A stretch of 64,000 bases of DNA, from NCBI GenBank assembly GCA_963924565.1, contig OZ004615.1:18042001-18106000 (forward strand), written 5' to 3'. The position numbers and the translations under genes are program-made. Under the pieces are notes generated by a model. That model made no database searches, had not been told where the DNA came from, and saw nothing but the letters and a program-made list of their open reading frames with translations. Each line of letters opens with the position of its first letter. The first letter of the stretch is position 1. Of the stretch, positions 49,301 through 61,638 are shown piece by piece. The stretch is from Ascidiella aspersa (lineage: Eukaryota).

Positions 49301-52300
49301 CATGTGACGCTGTTCGGTAATGTCAGTCGCACAATTCAAACGCAATAAAGTAACACCGACGAGTGCAGAGCGTTTGCACGAATAGTGAACGACTAAACGA
49401 CCATTAGTAGTTTATGTAGACGTTAACCACCTACAGTAGAAGAAGTTAATATGACCTCTGTCATAAAATATGTCAAGAGTGGCTGGATATCAAACTGTGA
49501 CCGCGGGCTATCGGGTCTCTTATCATCGACATTTGCCTATCGATTAAAATCCACTAAAAAGTCACACCGTATAGTCTCAGTGGTCAAACTGCGGTGCGAT
49601 AGCTGAATCTAAATCAGCTCCAGGTCAATGTTTACAAAATACAATAACAACACATATAAGGTTTAAACGTGTACCACAAAGTTTTGACTTTTAATTTTTG
49701 TATTTTTTGGTGCCATATTATTATACTATACCTAGTCGCGTCCCATTTATTGTTCTATAGTTGGTTGTGTATATTTCCGTTGTTTGGTCTCTGGTGTATA
49801 ATTTCACTAAGAAATATATGATTCCGGTTTTCGATTTTTGTGTATGCATTTTTCCACGTTAAAAAATGTTCGACTTTTAAAGGGCGTTTACATAAAATAT
49901 CTTAAAATAACAAACAAATTACATTTTGCAGACTACACGAAATGACAACAAGGGTTTCTAAAACTAAAGCCAGGTACTTCAAGGGTTAACTATAGTACGG
50001 AAGTAACGCATAAGAAACGCCTCATTACTTTGTTTAAAAAAATAACAGCATCATTTATCTTATATTTATAATATTGTATTGAATAAATCGCACTTGTAAG
50101 ACGATCCACTTTTCCCTACTCTCATCGGCTTGTCAAAAAATGCCTTAACAGCTGTTCTTAAAAATCAATCTTCTTATGTCTAATTTAGGTCCTATTTTTG
50201 GCTGGCTCAAGTAATTAACTTAATCTTATGTGGCATCTATTAAAATAATTGCCCACCCGTGCTTTGCCCAGTACTTACATGTTATTGCTGGAGTTAAAAT
50301 GTGAGTTGCTTGGAAGGAATCTTGCGCTTCGCACAGAGGGCCGTATTCTCGGGAATGTTCGGGCATCTATGAAATAATTTGGGAGTCAAAAAAGCCGGTT
50401 GTATCAAAAGTTATGAACCAGTTCCAGGAACAATTACAAAGGAATAACACAAAACCAAATGGTGACTCATGTTATCTAACAGCTGGCAACTTTATTATAC
50501 TGAAGCTTCATGCAAGCTGAAACATATGTGTGTGTTATTTTCCAACAGGTATGTTATTTCTTTAGTTGGAAACATTTTTTTAAACATTTTAGCGATTTTT
50601 AAAACTTTGAGCTGAACAATAGTAACATTGTTTTACAAAGATATTAAATGCAATGTTAGATATGTTACTTTCAAGTTTTCTCTCTTCTTGCGAAACATTG
50701 TTCTGTGAATGAAGCCTCCTTGGGTAAGTCCCCCCTTTTTGGTGGGTGACCGGGGATACATCCATGTCTTCATCAGGGTATCCTGCCCCTCTAAGGCTGC
50801 CTTGATGCCATGGTTCCCTGAGAAGTGGAGGTTTTGTTTATTTGTTTCACAAAATATTTAATTTGTTTTTGCCTATTGGATTTATGTTTTAGAACTAAAA
50901 CAGGGATGTTTCGACTAAATATATTCAGGCATAAATATATAAAAAAAGATTTTAATGTCTTATATATTATTCATACCAATGAATAAGCTAGACTTTTTTG
51001 GTAGTATAAATAAATTCAGTTAATATATTGTACATGCAAATTATACTTGTACTAAAAACATAATAACTATGAAATAGTACTTTATTACTATTAACACCTT
51101 TGGTAGCTCAATTAGAAGTATATATAACGGTAACTTACGATCCCAGTTGAGGACTCGACAGACTACTGTCTAGCGATGTCGAACTGCTGTAAGCAACAGG
51201 GCTAAACATCTGGGAACAATAAAACAAATGTAATGTAACCAGAAATATACAAAAAAAACAAGTTCCTGTACCAAAGTATATTGGAACTGAAATTAGGTCA
51301 TCACAAAAGCAAATAACAGGATGAAACAGTTTGACTTTTTAACTATTTTAAATCACAAAAGAGTTGCTAAAGTAATTTACAAATAAGTAGCGTTCCAAGG
51401 GTAAGCTACAACCCCACAATAGATTTATTGCCCATTAACATTTACTATCTAAATAACCCATTAAAATACAATCATGTCATCCAGCCTAGTCTACAAGTAT
51501 CAAGTACACCAAAATTAGGAACAGAAGACCTACCGGAGTGTCAGGAATAAACTCTCCTTGGCTGTTGAGCGATGTCCTTGAGCCCCTGTGCCGTTGGATC
51601 TCCTTTTCATCGATAGTTCCAGGAGGGGGTGAGTAGCGACCGTGTATGTGCTCGTGCTTCTGGAAGAGCATATTTTGTATCATTACTCTCTTCATAATTG
51701 AGTGTTGTACGACAGTCCACCGAATGCCTTTGTAAAGGCTTCACCGAAATCAGTAAGCCTGATGAGGATTATCTTAGTGCAAGCAATGCCACCCACCCCC
51801 CAAAAACTAGCCTGGGTTGAGGTTCAACCTCCTGACTTTTGGTCATAGCTTGCCTAAGGCATCTATTGTACTATATAATGTGTGCCGTTATCGTTCGTTA
51901 GTAGAATTCATGAATGTCTTATTCACTCAATGCACATTGTGTGTATATATACATTTCAGTTGTTGTCTGACAGTCACAATTTGACATACTGAATAACACA
52001 GGAATGAATAAAACTCCTAAATAAAAACAAAAAAGAGCGGGTGGTGAGGGTCCTTAAAGTGGGCAACCACAAGAAAAAATAATGAGAACTACTGATCTAG
52101 ACTTTCTTTTCTGATGTATTATTTTTTAACCGATGTTATAACAACTAATACCTTTAAATACAATCAGCATAAATGAACAAAGGCTTAAAAAGTTTAAAAA
52201 CCATGTTGTTTTGTTAATCACAAATTTTACAGCATTTCCAAACTCCTCAAATAACAATCATGACACATTTTATTAGGAAATTGTCTGAGTAATGACACAG

Positions 52301-54971
52301 TTAGTTAGCTTATTTTGAATAAATCACTGTCAATTGTCTGAGACTAGTTAACAAATCGAGAAGGGATTCCAGACATTCAATGACAACTCAAGTATCTTCA
52401 GTCATTGAATTGTGTGAGTGGCTGATTTAGGTGCACTTTAGATTGGATAATAATATAGATGGGTTTAGTCACAAGGCAAGAATTCTGTAAAGATGTTTTA
52501 TTTAATTAGGTAAGCAGGGGAATTTGTTTTTTAGGTGCACATTGCCAATCAAAGACATTTGTGTATACTTTTACACTAATGTTCCGCTTATATTCATTAT
52601 TCAATGCCCTGTTTTTCATAGCATTGATTTATAGTGTGTATATATATCCTTAATACCATGCTTTTCCACCATAAGCCACAGTGGTTAGATATAACAATAG
52701 TTTAAACAACCTAATTTGAATTGTACCAAATAAACTTGTTGTTCATTTGCAGCTAACCAGGTCTTAATTATCGGCATAGTAGTAAGGTCTCAATTATAGG
52801 CATAATACAGGAAGTTATTTTTGGATGTTAATCTCTTCAAGAGATAACAATAGCCTCAAGCCAATGCAACTATATTGCAAAGCTGATATTGTACAGCTTC
52901 AAACTAAATGAAAAATATTTTGATATATTTACTTCTTCCTCTCTGTTAAATCACCCGTGGCTAGAGTTATGAGACATTATATTAATACTATATATATTTT
53001 AACAAACAAACCAGCAAAAATAAAACTGTAATACAAATTGTTTGCAAACAGACCTCAATTTAGAAAAATTTGGTTATAACTACCTGTTGGGGAGATTTAA
53101 TTCCTGGGGGTTGGGGTTCAGCGAAGGGCGACGGTACCTTGGAGCCAGGAGATGTGGCAGTAGGTGGAGTTTGGGGCATGTTAGACCAGAGTTGTGAGTC
53201 AGACACTGGCAACAACTGAGGAGAAAGTAACATTTAAGAAAAGGGACAAACAAATGTAATCAAGTGTTGATGTCCACGCTGATATCAACTTTTGGATCAC
53301 TTTTTTTTACTGAATATAGTGTAATCGTCTGTAAGATTTTTAAGCATAGAACACAAATATAAACAACTACAATAAAAGTGTCAAAAAGACATTTTTACTT
53401 TACAATAGCTAATGCATAGTAGACACTTCATTTTTTATGAAAACATGAAAGTTGTGCTTGTAAAGTATGTAAATTATAAAGCATGTCAATGAAGTATTTG
53501 TATGTAAATTATAAAAAAGCATGGCCAATGAAGTAATTGCTCATATATTATATTATAACACTAGAACTAGTGTTCACCTTATCAATCAAAGTAATGCGTA
53601 AATTCCTGAGTAGATTGCTGTCCATTAGTTCAATTACTTGGTCGACATCAGATTGACTTTGTATTGGGACTTGAAGCTAAAAATAACATCTGGATTATTT
53701 TGTTTATTGGCAAATTAAACAACAAAATTGACTTTAAAATATTAACATGTGTATAAAAACAAACACTATCTTAAAAAAGCACAGGTTAGATTCTAAACAT
53801 ATTTTGAAAGTAACTTATCATACAACTAACAAATTCCCATGGTAAAACAAATATGCATTGGAGTTTATAGATACACAATGTAACTATCAAGATACCATTA
53901 TCCTTTGGTAAACAATACTCAAGGACTTTATGGAAAATTTTGAAGTCACAGCAACAGTTTAAGAACCCAATTTAAACAACAGAATAAATACACATTTTTT
54001 TTTTATGAATCCAATAAAAATGTAGTAGGAATATTAAAGCCCATACAGAAGTAGCTCTCATTATGAACGTTTTAAATACCTATTTATTCATTTTCAACAT
54101 GCAGTGAAAAGGCACTTAGTGACAACGCACATTAAAAATGTCTTTACTCACAATATTCTCGTAGGTGTACACTACTAGCATTAAATAAACTAATAACAAA
54201 TGAGCACTGAGCACTTTTTTATTAGCAATAACTAGTAAACATTAAAATTTGACTTGTTACTATATTACTATACATAGGCACCCAACTAGCAAACAATTAG
54301 GTGTTTTTACCAACCTCATTATTGCTCCCAGTTGAAAATAACATTGCCATTTGTTTTCCATAAATCTTTTTGGTCATATCAAGTAATTTGTTAAAAGTTA
54401 AAGGTCTTGGTAGTTGAACAATGCGGCGCTCTCCTTGGAACTCAAACTTTACCCGAATTCCCTAAAAATAAGATAAAAAATAAAACATTATATAACTGAA
54501 CATTCATAGGCAAGTATGAAAAACTGTGACGTTAATAGAGGTTCTTAAACTTTTTTTACCACGGACCCCTAAAGTTTTTTTTTGTTTGCGTGCAAGAAAA
54601 TTTAAAAAAGGACGACATGTTGATGTCAAAATAGAAATAGATGTCAGAAATCTGTTGATTTTGCTCCAAAAGATGTGGAAGTGAAAGGAGTCTAAATACA
54701 GTCAGTGCAAAACCGTTTTATCTTTCATTAAAACTTTTTTTAGTGAAAAATTGCTACTTTTCTTTTTAAATATACACTAATATTTTAATTAGGCCTTCAT
54801 GGACCCCCTAAAACTAGTATGCAAACCACAAGAGGATCTATGGACCCCAGTTTGAGAATCCCTGTATTAGGAACTAGTGCATACCTGTTTTTGTTTAGGT
54901 TGTTTTGCTTCATTCTGCAATGCAGCTAAATCATCCAAAATGGAACGAACTGGATCTTCAATAGGGTTCAT
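37349..54971 (-). CDS. MAP3K2/3: MAP kinase kinase kinase 2/3 (MEKK2/3): PB1 domain plus C-terminal STE11-type kinase, ~630 aa, 17 coding exons
   Basis: Exons (-) 54971-54885, 54461-54315, 53676-53578, 53215-53084, 51659-51534, 51209-51139, 50817-50669, 50366-50279, 47451-47366, 44951-44856, 44247-44096, 42682-42557, 39586-39415, 38967-38905, 38636-38570, 38109-37971, 37441-37349 (1893 nt, phase-consistent). Motifs [13 protein letters not shown] (PB1), [54 protein letters not shown] and GTPYWMSPE. Confidence 0.93.
39143..39217 (-). ncRNA. tRNA-like sequence (tRNA pseudogene, SINE head or atypical Pol III RNA) in a MAP3K intron
   Basis: GCCTGT/ACAGGC acceptor stem, D arm GCTC-AGTTGTA-GAGC, perfect T arm GTGAG-TTCGAAC-CTCAC, and T5 run just downstream. 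The anticodon arm does not form a canonical stem. Confidence 0.65.
41212..41280. repeat. Short imperfect tandem repeat (ataataacaggtgtaccc x3)
   Basis: Three copies directly visible, the third with one mismatch. Confidence 0.7.
44436..44742. mobile_element. hAT-type MITE, same family as 7725-8018, opposite orientation
   Basis: Ends CAGTGTTTTTCA / TGAGAACTACCG. TSD tcttatac at 44428-44435 and 44743-44750. Internal sequence is the reverse complement of the 7725 copy. Confidence 0.8.
45436..46144. mobile_element. hAT-type MITE with a nested Charlie-like fragment
   Basis: TIRs CAGGGGTGTCC / GGACACCCCTG. Perfect TSD ctctatga at 45428-45435 and 46145-46152. A second end ...TTGGCCACCCCTG near 45929 and gagccgcatgcggctc motifs lie inside. 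Confidence 0.8.
54536..54864. mobile_element. Degenerate hAT-type MITE in the first coding intron of MAP3K
   Basis: Ends tagaggttcttaaac / gtttgagaatccctg with ggacccc subterminal motifs. No clean TSD. Confidence 0.5.
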
Positions 54972-55557
54972 GGTGAAACAGGTTTAAACTGAACTCCCAT
55001 CAAGGAAAAAGAACCACCAGAACTACTGCTGCTATGCGATAATCCAAATGTCACAAAGCACAGGTTTTAAAGAAAGCATTTTACAAAATCACACCAAATA
55101 TTAAAAACCTGAATAAATATAATTTGTAAGGCAATTCTTTAAAAAAGCAAACATGTTGAATTGATAGGCTAGGAGCAAACTCAAGTAAGGCAAGTTGGTT
55201 AGGTGCAAAAATGATACAAATAACCTGAAATTAATCAATATAGCTGACAAAATTGGCTGCAAAATAAATAAATATTACCAATTTTTAAAAAGAAATAAAA
55301 TTTATGCGACAAAACTGATTCAAATAAAAACACTAGCAAAACGTAATAAAAATGCAGTTTAAAACAACAACTTGTATCATTTAGTCCGAATTTCAATTGC
55401 ATTATTTTAGTAAAATAATGTACACATTTAGTCAAAAACAGAGTTAACGATGCCAAGTGTAGGAAATGCATATTGGTTAAATTATATATAATGATACATA
55501 ATAGGTAAAATCATTGTAATACAGTGGCTCTAAACTTTTAAACATTGTTGCGGTATG

Positions 55558-56886
55558 TTATACTAATCTGGTGGCGGAACCGAATATTAAAAAAGCGGAG
55601 ATGCCCATAATATTTACGCCAGCCATGTAAAGAAAAACATAGCTCCAGTTAGCGGTAGCTTCTAAAATGTGTCCAGTTATGTAAACACCGACAAAGCTTG
55701 GTATGCAGCTCAAGGCATTAGAAACACCAAAAACTGAACCAGCGAACTTTGGTACAATATCTTGAGGATTGACAAGCACAGCACTATTATGAAAGGTCTG
55801 TAAAGACACGGCAAGACCAGCACAAAACAAAGCTGATCGAAATCCAGGGCTGAATGGTAATAAAAGACCCATAACAGCAGTACCAACCATTGCAATACCT
55901 TGTATTAGTTTTCTAGTAAAGGCTACATCACATTTTGCATTTATTAGCCTCTCGCTTAGCCAACCACCGAAAACACTTGATGGAATAGAAAAAATCCAGG
56001 GAACTACATTGTACACCCAGCCTTTTTCTTCTGGATAGTGCTCATGGAAAAATGTAGGAAGCCATGACAGAAGAATGTAAAAGCAATTATTCATGCAGAA
56101 ATGTGCAGCCATGAATGCCCACACACAGTGCTTTGAATATATTAACCTCCATGGAACACCCTCTGATTTTTGTTTATCTGTTGGCTGAGTATACACCATA
56201 CTGTCCATGGAAACTACATTCTGCCTTGGTTTTCTTGCGAGTGTCCATACCGTATAACTTAAAATAAGTCCAATCATTCCAGTAAAGTAAAAAGTCTCTT
56301 CCCAGCCATGATGCTCAAGCATAATTGAACCAATTCCACCAGAAACCAATGTGCCGAAATTGGAGGCACTTGTTACAATTCCAATAGGTAATGATCGTTT
56401 AGTTTTGCAAATTCTATGGCCAAGCAAGCTCATCATGGAAGGATAATGCACTCCCTGGGTCACTCCCAACATGACTCTTGATATCATGAGCAAGAACATT
56501 GTACTAAAAAGAGGAGAAGACATTGCTGCAATGCGAGGAGTGACAAATGTGATAATACTCCAGCAAAGTGAAGACATCCACAAAACACGATCACCACCAA
56601 TTCTATCTGCCATATAACCCCCCAAAATTTGTGTTGTGATATAACCCCAGAAAAACGAGCCCATTACAGCACCAAGGTCTGCTTTGTTCCATCCAAATTC
56701 TTTTGCCATTGCAGTTGCACATACTGGCATTGCTAGTCTGGCTGCAAATAGAGTTGAGGTAAGGACAAACAGCATTGCTGTCCATAGTTTTATTTCATAG
56801 CCACCCCAGTACATTCGCTCATCAATTTTGGAATGGACTTGATATGAGGAATGCAATTTCTCATCTTTACTCTTGTATGGCGGCAT
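55558..56886 (-). CDS. SLC17A9: Solute carrier family 17 member 9 (vesicular nucleotide transporter, MFS), intron-free CDS, 442 aa
   Basis: Uninterrupted ORF with about 12 hydrophobic segments. Motifs FGWNK, SFFWGY, TQILGGYMADRIGG, QGVHYP, LLSWLPTFFHE, GWVYNVVPW and FHNSAVLVNPQD are typical of SLC17A9. Confidence 0.9.
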   Translation of the reverse strand: MPPYKSKDEKLHSSYQVHSKIDERMYWGGYEIKLWTAMLFVLTSTLFAARLAMPVCATAMAKEFGWNKADLGAVMGSFFWGYITTQILGGYMADRIGGDRVLWMSSLCWSIITFVTPRIAAMSSPLFSTMFLLMISRVMLGVTQGVHYPSMMSLLGHRICKTKRSLPIGIVTSASNFGTLVSGGIGSIMLEHHGWEETFYFTGMIGLILSYTVWTLARKPRQNVVSMDSMVYTQPTDKQKSEGVPWRLIYSKHCVWAFMAAHFCMNNCFYILLSWLPTFFHEHYPEEKGWVYNVVPWIFSIPSSVFGGWLSERLINAKCDVAFTRKLIQGIAMVGTAVMGLLLPFSPGFRSALFCAGLAVSLQTFHNSAVLVNPQDIVPKFAGSVFGVSNALSCIPSFVGVYITGHILEATANWSYVFLYMAGVNIMGISAFLIFGSATRLV

Positions 56887-57229
56887 CCTTTTTCAGAGGC
56901 AGTTTTTTTTTTTGCTTTAAAGCTTTGCACCACAATATAGGTGCATATTATTCTATCATGCTTCACATGTTTGATACAACTTTAAGAAAGTAAAGACATG
57001 TTGATTGTTGACTAGCTAAGCCTAAATTCATCATGTAAAATTTCATAAAGTATTAAACCATACTATAATATCTATACCTAATATACTATACCTAATATAT
57101 AAATACAATTAACTACTCAAAAACAACAACTACATTAAATTTATCCAAGTCTGTTGTTGTTTTCTTTAGAAAATTATAAATTTTTTTACTTTGCTTAACT
57201 ACAAATTGGGTCTAGTTTGCTAACTAAAT

Positions 57230-57720
57230 ATGTATTTAGTGCGTTTTTATTGTTCACAAAACGACAGGTAAAGCTTTCGTGGAGCTTGATAATTACTGTA
57301 TAAACAATATGTAACGATGTTTCGTGAAGGTACAATAAATTGTCGAAAAAAAACTACTGCTTGTCTTAACTATCGTCCCAAATGGCCGACAAATAGCTTG
57401 TCAGTTGAATAAAAACAAAACCATTTATCGCGTTTTTCTACCTTTCAGGTTGGTAATTCCGCTGTGACGGTGTTGTATGACGATCTATACGTCACACCGA
57501 TATGCAACCAACCGAAGCGATGTTATTTCCGTATTTACTGTATTTTTTCGCAATTTTGCCATAAAACCTATGAAATGCAACCAAAAATTCCCATTCTTTG
57601 CACTGAGACATTTTTTTACCGTTTTAATTTTGTTTATAACTTAAAAGATTTCTTCCACTCACAGTACGGGACTCGGGAGTCGGACTGTTTTTTAACCGAC
57701 TTCGCAGCCATGGTTATAAG
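57230..57720 (-). promoter_or_regulatory. Candidate promoter and non-coding first exon of the SLC17A9(-MAP3K2/3) unit
   Basis: CpG-retaining patch directly upstream of a CpG-depleted transcribed region. Candidate 5' UTR intron 57441-57022 (AAG|gtaga ... atttag|G). Confidence 0.4.
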
Positions 57721-58748
57721 CAAAATTCACTTCAAAATCTAAACAGTGCAGATGTTCTTCGTAGGTTTTTTTTATTAGGTGGAAAAAAAAGACGGAATTA
57801 AACTTTCATCTTTGCGCCAGCATTACCCGAAAATAGCAAGTTTCGTAATTAAACCTAGCCTACACTTGTTTTAAGAACCCCTACTGTTCCAGTGTATCGC
57901 GGCCAGCGGGTTAATCTACAGTAGGCCTACATGTTATAAATAAGCAATTTGAGAAAAAGAGGAATTGGTTAACTAAATGGCATACTTCGCTTCCCTAAAT
58001 TGATTTGTTTATCTTTATATTTCTTTAGTGCGGTAATAGTAGTTCTATCTTTCTTTTTTATCAGAACGAACCGAGCTATTTAATTGCACTTCACGCTAAT
58101 GTTTTACGCGGTTCCTGTCGAGTCAAAAGAACCAAGAAGGTATTTTCTGACAATACGACATAACGGGCATATACAATTTTATGCGCCGGTTATTCAATAA
58201 ATAGGCAAATAAGATTTTGTATCTTTAGGCGTTACTGACCGCAACTATAGTAACAGTAGCGAGCACGGTTCTTCGGGTAAATTCAACGATAATGTCCTTG
58301 GCTAAGGCTTATATTTTTACTGCCGTTAGACAACGGTTATAGGTCTTCCAATCCAACACTAAAAACACTTGTTTGGTCTTTTACAATCACTGTTTTAAGG
58401 ATACGCCATACATACAGATATACTCATATTCAGAAGGGTACACCGCTATCAAAAGTTTAAGAACCCTAATTTAATGCAAATAGTTATTACCAATTTCTAA
58501 CTATTAAAATAATTTCTAACTATTGAAGTTTGGTAAAAACAAATAATCATTTATTGCGAACAAAACTCGAAAAATAGTGTGGCCATGTAATGTTTCCATG
58601 CCGACAATCGAGGAGCGGTAAAGCACATTTTTTAAAGTTGAACAACTAAAATGGCGAGCTGAATAGATGGTGTGTCGGAAGTTTGTCTAAATCAGGTTCA
58701 TCAGCACTTGCAAGACGCAGTGGTTGTGGCGACCACATAAAAAAACGC

Positions 58749-60836
58749 TCACCATCCTTGAACGAAATCGAACTTCAGCTGAACCAAAAAGCGCGGACGG
58801 ACTTGGTTTGCGTCGTACACGACAAACTCGTTATAAAGCAGAGCCGAATTATCGCCTTCATCGCTTTTCACAGGCTTTCCGCAAGGCACAACCACGCCGT
58901 CATCCAGAGTCACCTCTCCTTTGGGATCCGGCTGCGTTTTGCCTACGCCTCGCACGCTGTCCACTCCCTTTGGTAGAACATCCGCGTCAGAGTCGGCAGC
59001 TAGTTTGTCGACGTGCTTTCCCAAGGCCACCTCGCACAGCACTAGAAAGCCGAAAGGCTGGCGCTGTGACGCGAAACAGTAGTTAGCCGACTTTGACACC
59101 ATATCGGCGAAGTAGATGCCCTTGCCGAACATGTAGCCTGTACTGGGCGCTTCGGGCGGCGCGATCCTTAGGCCCTGCTGTAGGATACCGCACCAGTTTG
59201 ATAGACGAGAGCCGTGCCACAAAAGCCGGCGGTTGCCTAAGCTCTTAGCGAAGTTTGTTTCGGAGTCTTGCTTTGCAATAGCGAAGACGTTTTCGACAGA
59301 CAGCGCGTAGTTCCTGTGCGTTGCGGCGTGTGTGTTGCACACGTAGGTTTTTATCACTTTGTACGACTCGTCGCCGGAGTCTAAGGGAGCAAGGTTGCAT
59401 TGCAACGATCGATAACGACCGTCAAGAGGATTTTCTTTGTTCCTGCATGCATCCGTTTCACTAATGATGTTAATCGCGATTTGGATATCTCCCAAAGCTT
59501 GCAGTAAATCCAACTTTTCCTTCATCTCTTCTTGACTGCGGATAATTGGTGGCCGTTTCATGCCAAAGTCGTGCGGTACCCTTGTATAAAATTCATTACA
59601 AGCCTCAACTAGTATTTTGTGGCTTTTCTTTTTCAAACTAGACTCAATTTTTTTAAGGGATGCATAGCCAGCTTTTATTTGTTTGTCTGTGAGTTTTCCA
59701 AGAGGGGCCTTCTTTACATTGTACTGCATTTCTTTTACACTTTCCTCAAATTCGTTTACATCAAAAAAAAGTGTCAGAATATCCTGAATAACCTTAGGAA
59801 GTTTGGACTCCACAGCGGGTTTTGAAACTGGGAAAGTTTTTGGCTTTTCCTCCTTATCGTTTCCATAGTCCATTTCCAAAAGATCATACTTTCCATCATG
59901 TTTTTCAAAGCAATCTCTCATTTCCCAATAATTCTTGGTCTTGTCCAAAAATTTCTTTTCGAATACAGCAATGGCCTTGTCAAGAGGAAAATGTTGCAAA
60001 TTGGTGCCAGCTATTTTGCCAACCCTTCCCCATCTGAACCAAGTGCAATAGGCCGCTTTGTTGTTATGCTTAAGAAGTTGTATTAAATAGTACTTGTTAT
60101 TGTTTCTACCAACATTGGTTTGGTTTAGCATAGCATTGTAAACATCGCTCCCACAAACATGGACATGGTAATCTTTTACATAAGCAGTACATTCATCATC
60201 TACTGGCACCACACCAGTAAACTGAATAACTTTGTTGGCACTGTCATTGTTATTCTCCTGTTTAACATTGGAAGCAATTTCTGGCAATATTTCTTTAGAA
60301 GAGCCTTGTTCTGTATTTTTTTCTATTAATGATTTATTCTTTCTCGTTGTTGGTTTACTCTTTTGTTGCTTTATAATAACATTTCCTTTTGCGTACGATC
60401 TTGATTTCTTTGCAACAGCTTTGGACTGGTCCTCCTTGATTTTTCTTTTTTTTGTTTTTGAGTCATTGTAGAGATTTGTATTTTCTTCACTGGGAGAAGA
60501 ATTTTCTTGCTTAATTAAAACAGGACTTTCTTTTGTGCGGGTCTTTGCCCCTTTTTTATCAGATTTGTTAAAACTGTTTTTGTTTCTAATATTTACATTG
60601 GTTCCTATTTTATGATTCAAGTTTTCTTGATTATTATTTAACATTTTCGGTTTTTTTGCAGTAGTTGATGATTTCAAAGAAATGTCTTTAGGTCTTTTTG
60701 TTGTTGCATCTTTCATCTTACAGTTTGGTTCATTTTGACAATCTTTTAAAATTACCTTTAGATCTTTAATTTTTTCTTTAACAGCAAAGGCATCTCTTTG
60801 AGGGTTTGAACTTCTTGTCTTGCGAGTACTCATCAC
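58749..60836 (-). CDS. PARP2: Poly(ADP-ribose) polymerase, PARP2-like (basic N-terminus, WGR, helical and catalytic domains), intron-free CDS, 695 aa
   Basis: VPVDDECTA, MLNQTN..NNNKYYLIQLL and WFRWGRVG (WGR); PLGKL and FYTRVPHDFG (helical domain); catalytic H-Y-E triad in LLWHGS, GIYFADMVSKSANY and LYNEFVVYD. No zinc fingers or BRCT domain. Confidence 0.9.
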   Translation of the reverse strand: MMSTRKTRSSNPQRDAFAVKEKIKDLKVILKDCQNEPNCKMKDATTKRPKDISLKSSTTAKKPKMLNNNQENLNHKIGTNVNIRNKNSFNKSDKKGAKTRTKESPVLIKQENSSPSEENTNLYNDSKTKKRKIKEDQSKAVAKKSRSYAKGNVIIKQQKSKPTTRKNKSLIEKNTEQGSSKEILPEIASNVKQENNNDSANKVIQFTGVVPVDDECTAYVKDYHVHVCGSDVYNAMLNQTNVGRNNNKYYLIQLLKHNNKAAYCTWFRWGRVGKIAGTNLQHFPLDKAIAVFEKKFLDKTKNYWEMRDCFEKHDGKYDLLEMDYGNDKEEKPKTFPVSKPAVESKLPKVIQDILTLFFDVNEFEESVKEMQYNVKKAPLGKLTDKQIKAGYASLKKIESSLKKKSHKILVEACNEFYTRVPHDFGMKRPPIIRSQEEMKEKLDLLQALGDIQIAINIISETDACRNKENPLDGRYRSLQCNLAPLDSGDESYKVIKTYVCNTHAATHRNYALSVENVFAIAKQDSETNFAKSLGNRRLLWHGSRLSNWCGILQQGLRIAPPEAPSTGYMFGKGIYFADMVSKSANYCFASQRQPFGFLVLCEVALGKHVDKLAADSDADVLPKGVDSVRGVGKTQPDPKGEVTLDDGVVVPCGKPVKSDEGDNSALLYNEFVVYDANQVRPRFLVQLKFDFVQGW

Positions 60837-61638
60837 ATTTACAAGCTTTCTAATTACCTAATTGGAAAATCAATCTGAAATACTATTCAATTTCTAATTC
60901 AAATGTTTACCACAGCAAGCACACAACAACCTTATTCGTCATATTGACAAATAAAAGTTTTAGGTAATAAAATTGTGTTAGAGGTAAATATGTTTTGTTA
61001 CTTGTTAATTATAAATATTTGACTTGCATATCAATTGTTGTTCTATATATTTCTTGACAAATATGCAAAATATATTTTATAAAACCAAATTAATGCTAAC
61101 AAGATTAGGTATTAAAAAAAAGAGAATTTAGTATATGTTGTGCAACAAGACCTTATCAGAAACTTGCATTTTGCAATAAAAAATAAATACGCTAAATAAA
61201 GTTTGTTTCTTGGGAAACTTAAACAATGAAGAATATAACACATCAAATTAACACATCAAACACTTGAATACATAAATGTGTGTTTCAGTTAATGATTTAA
61301 AATTTGTTCATACAGAAAACAGAAATAATACATTGCGTATACTGATTGTTACAGTAGATATTGAAATATAGCAAACAATCATTATTAGCAATCAAAAACA
61401 ATGGTTGAGTACTACAAGGGACATGGTGTTACATAATTACATACTTGACTAATTTTACAATGCTGCAAAAACTACCATATTTTGGGGATTCCTAATCAGG
61501 TTATACTTGTGGTAAAACCTTAAGGTAAGAAAATAAAACCAATTAATTGGGTATTATTTATTTATGTGTCTTAAGCAAGATCATTTTCTAGTTTTCCTTT
61601 TAATTTTAATTTATCAGAGTAAATTTAAAGAGCATATC

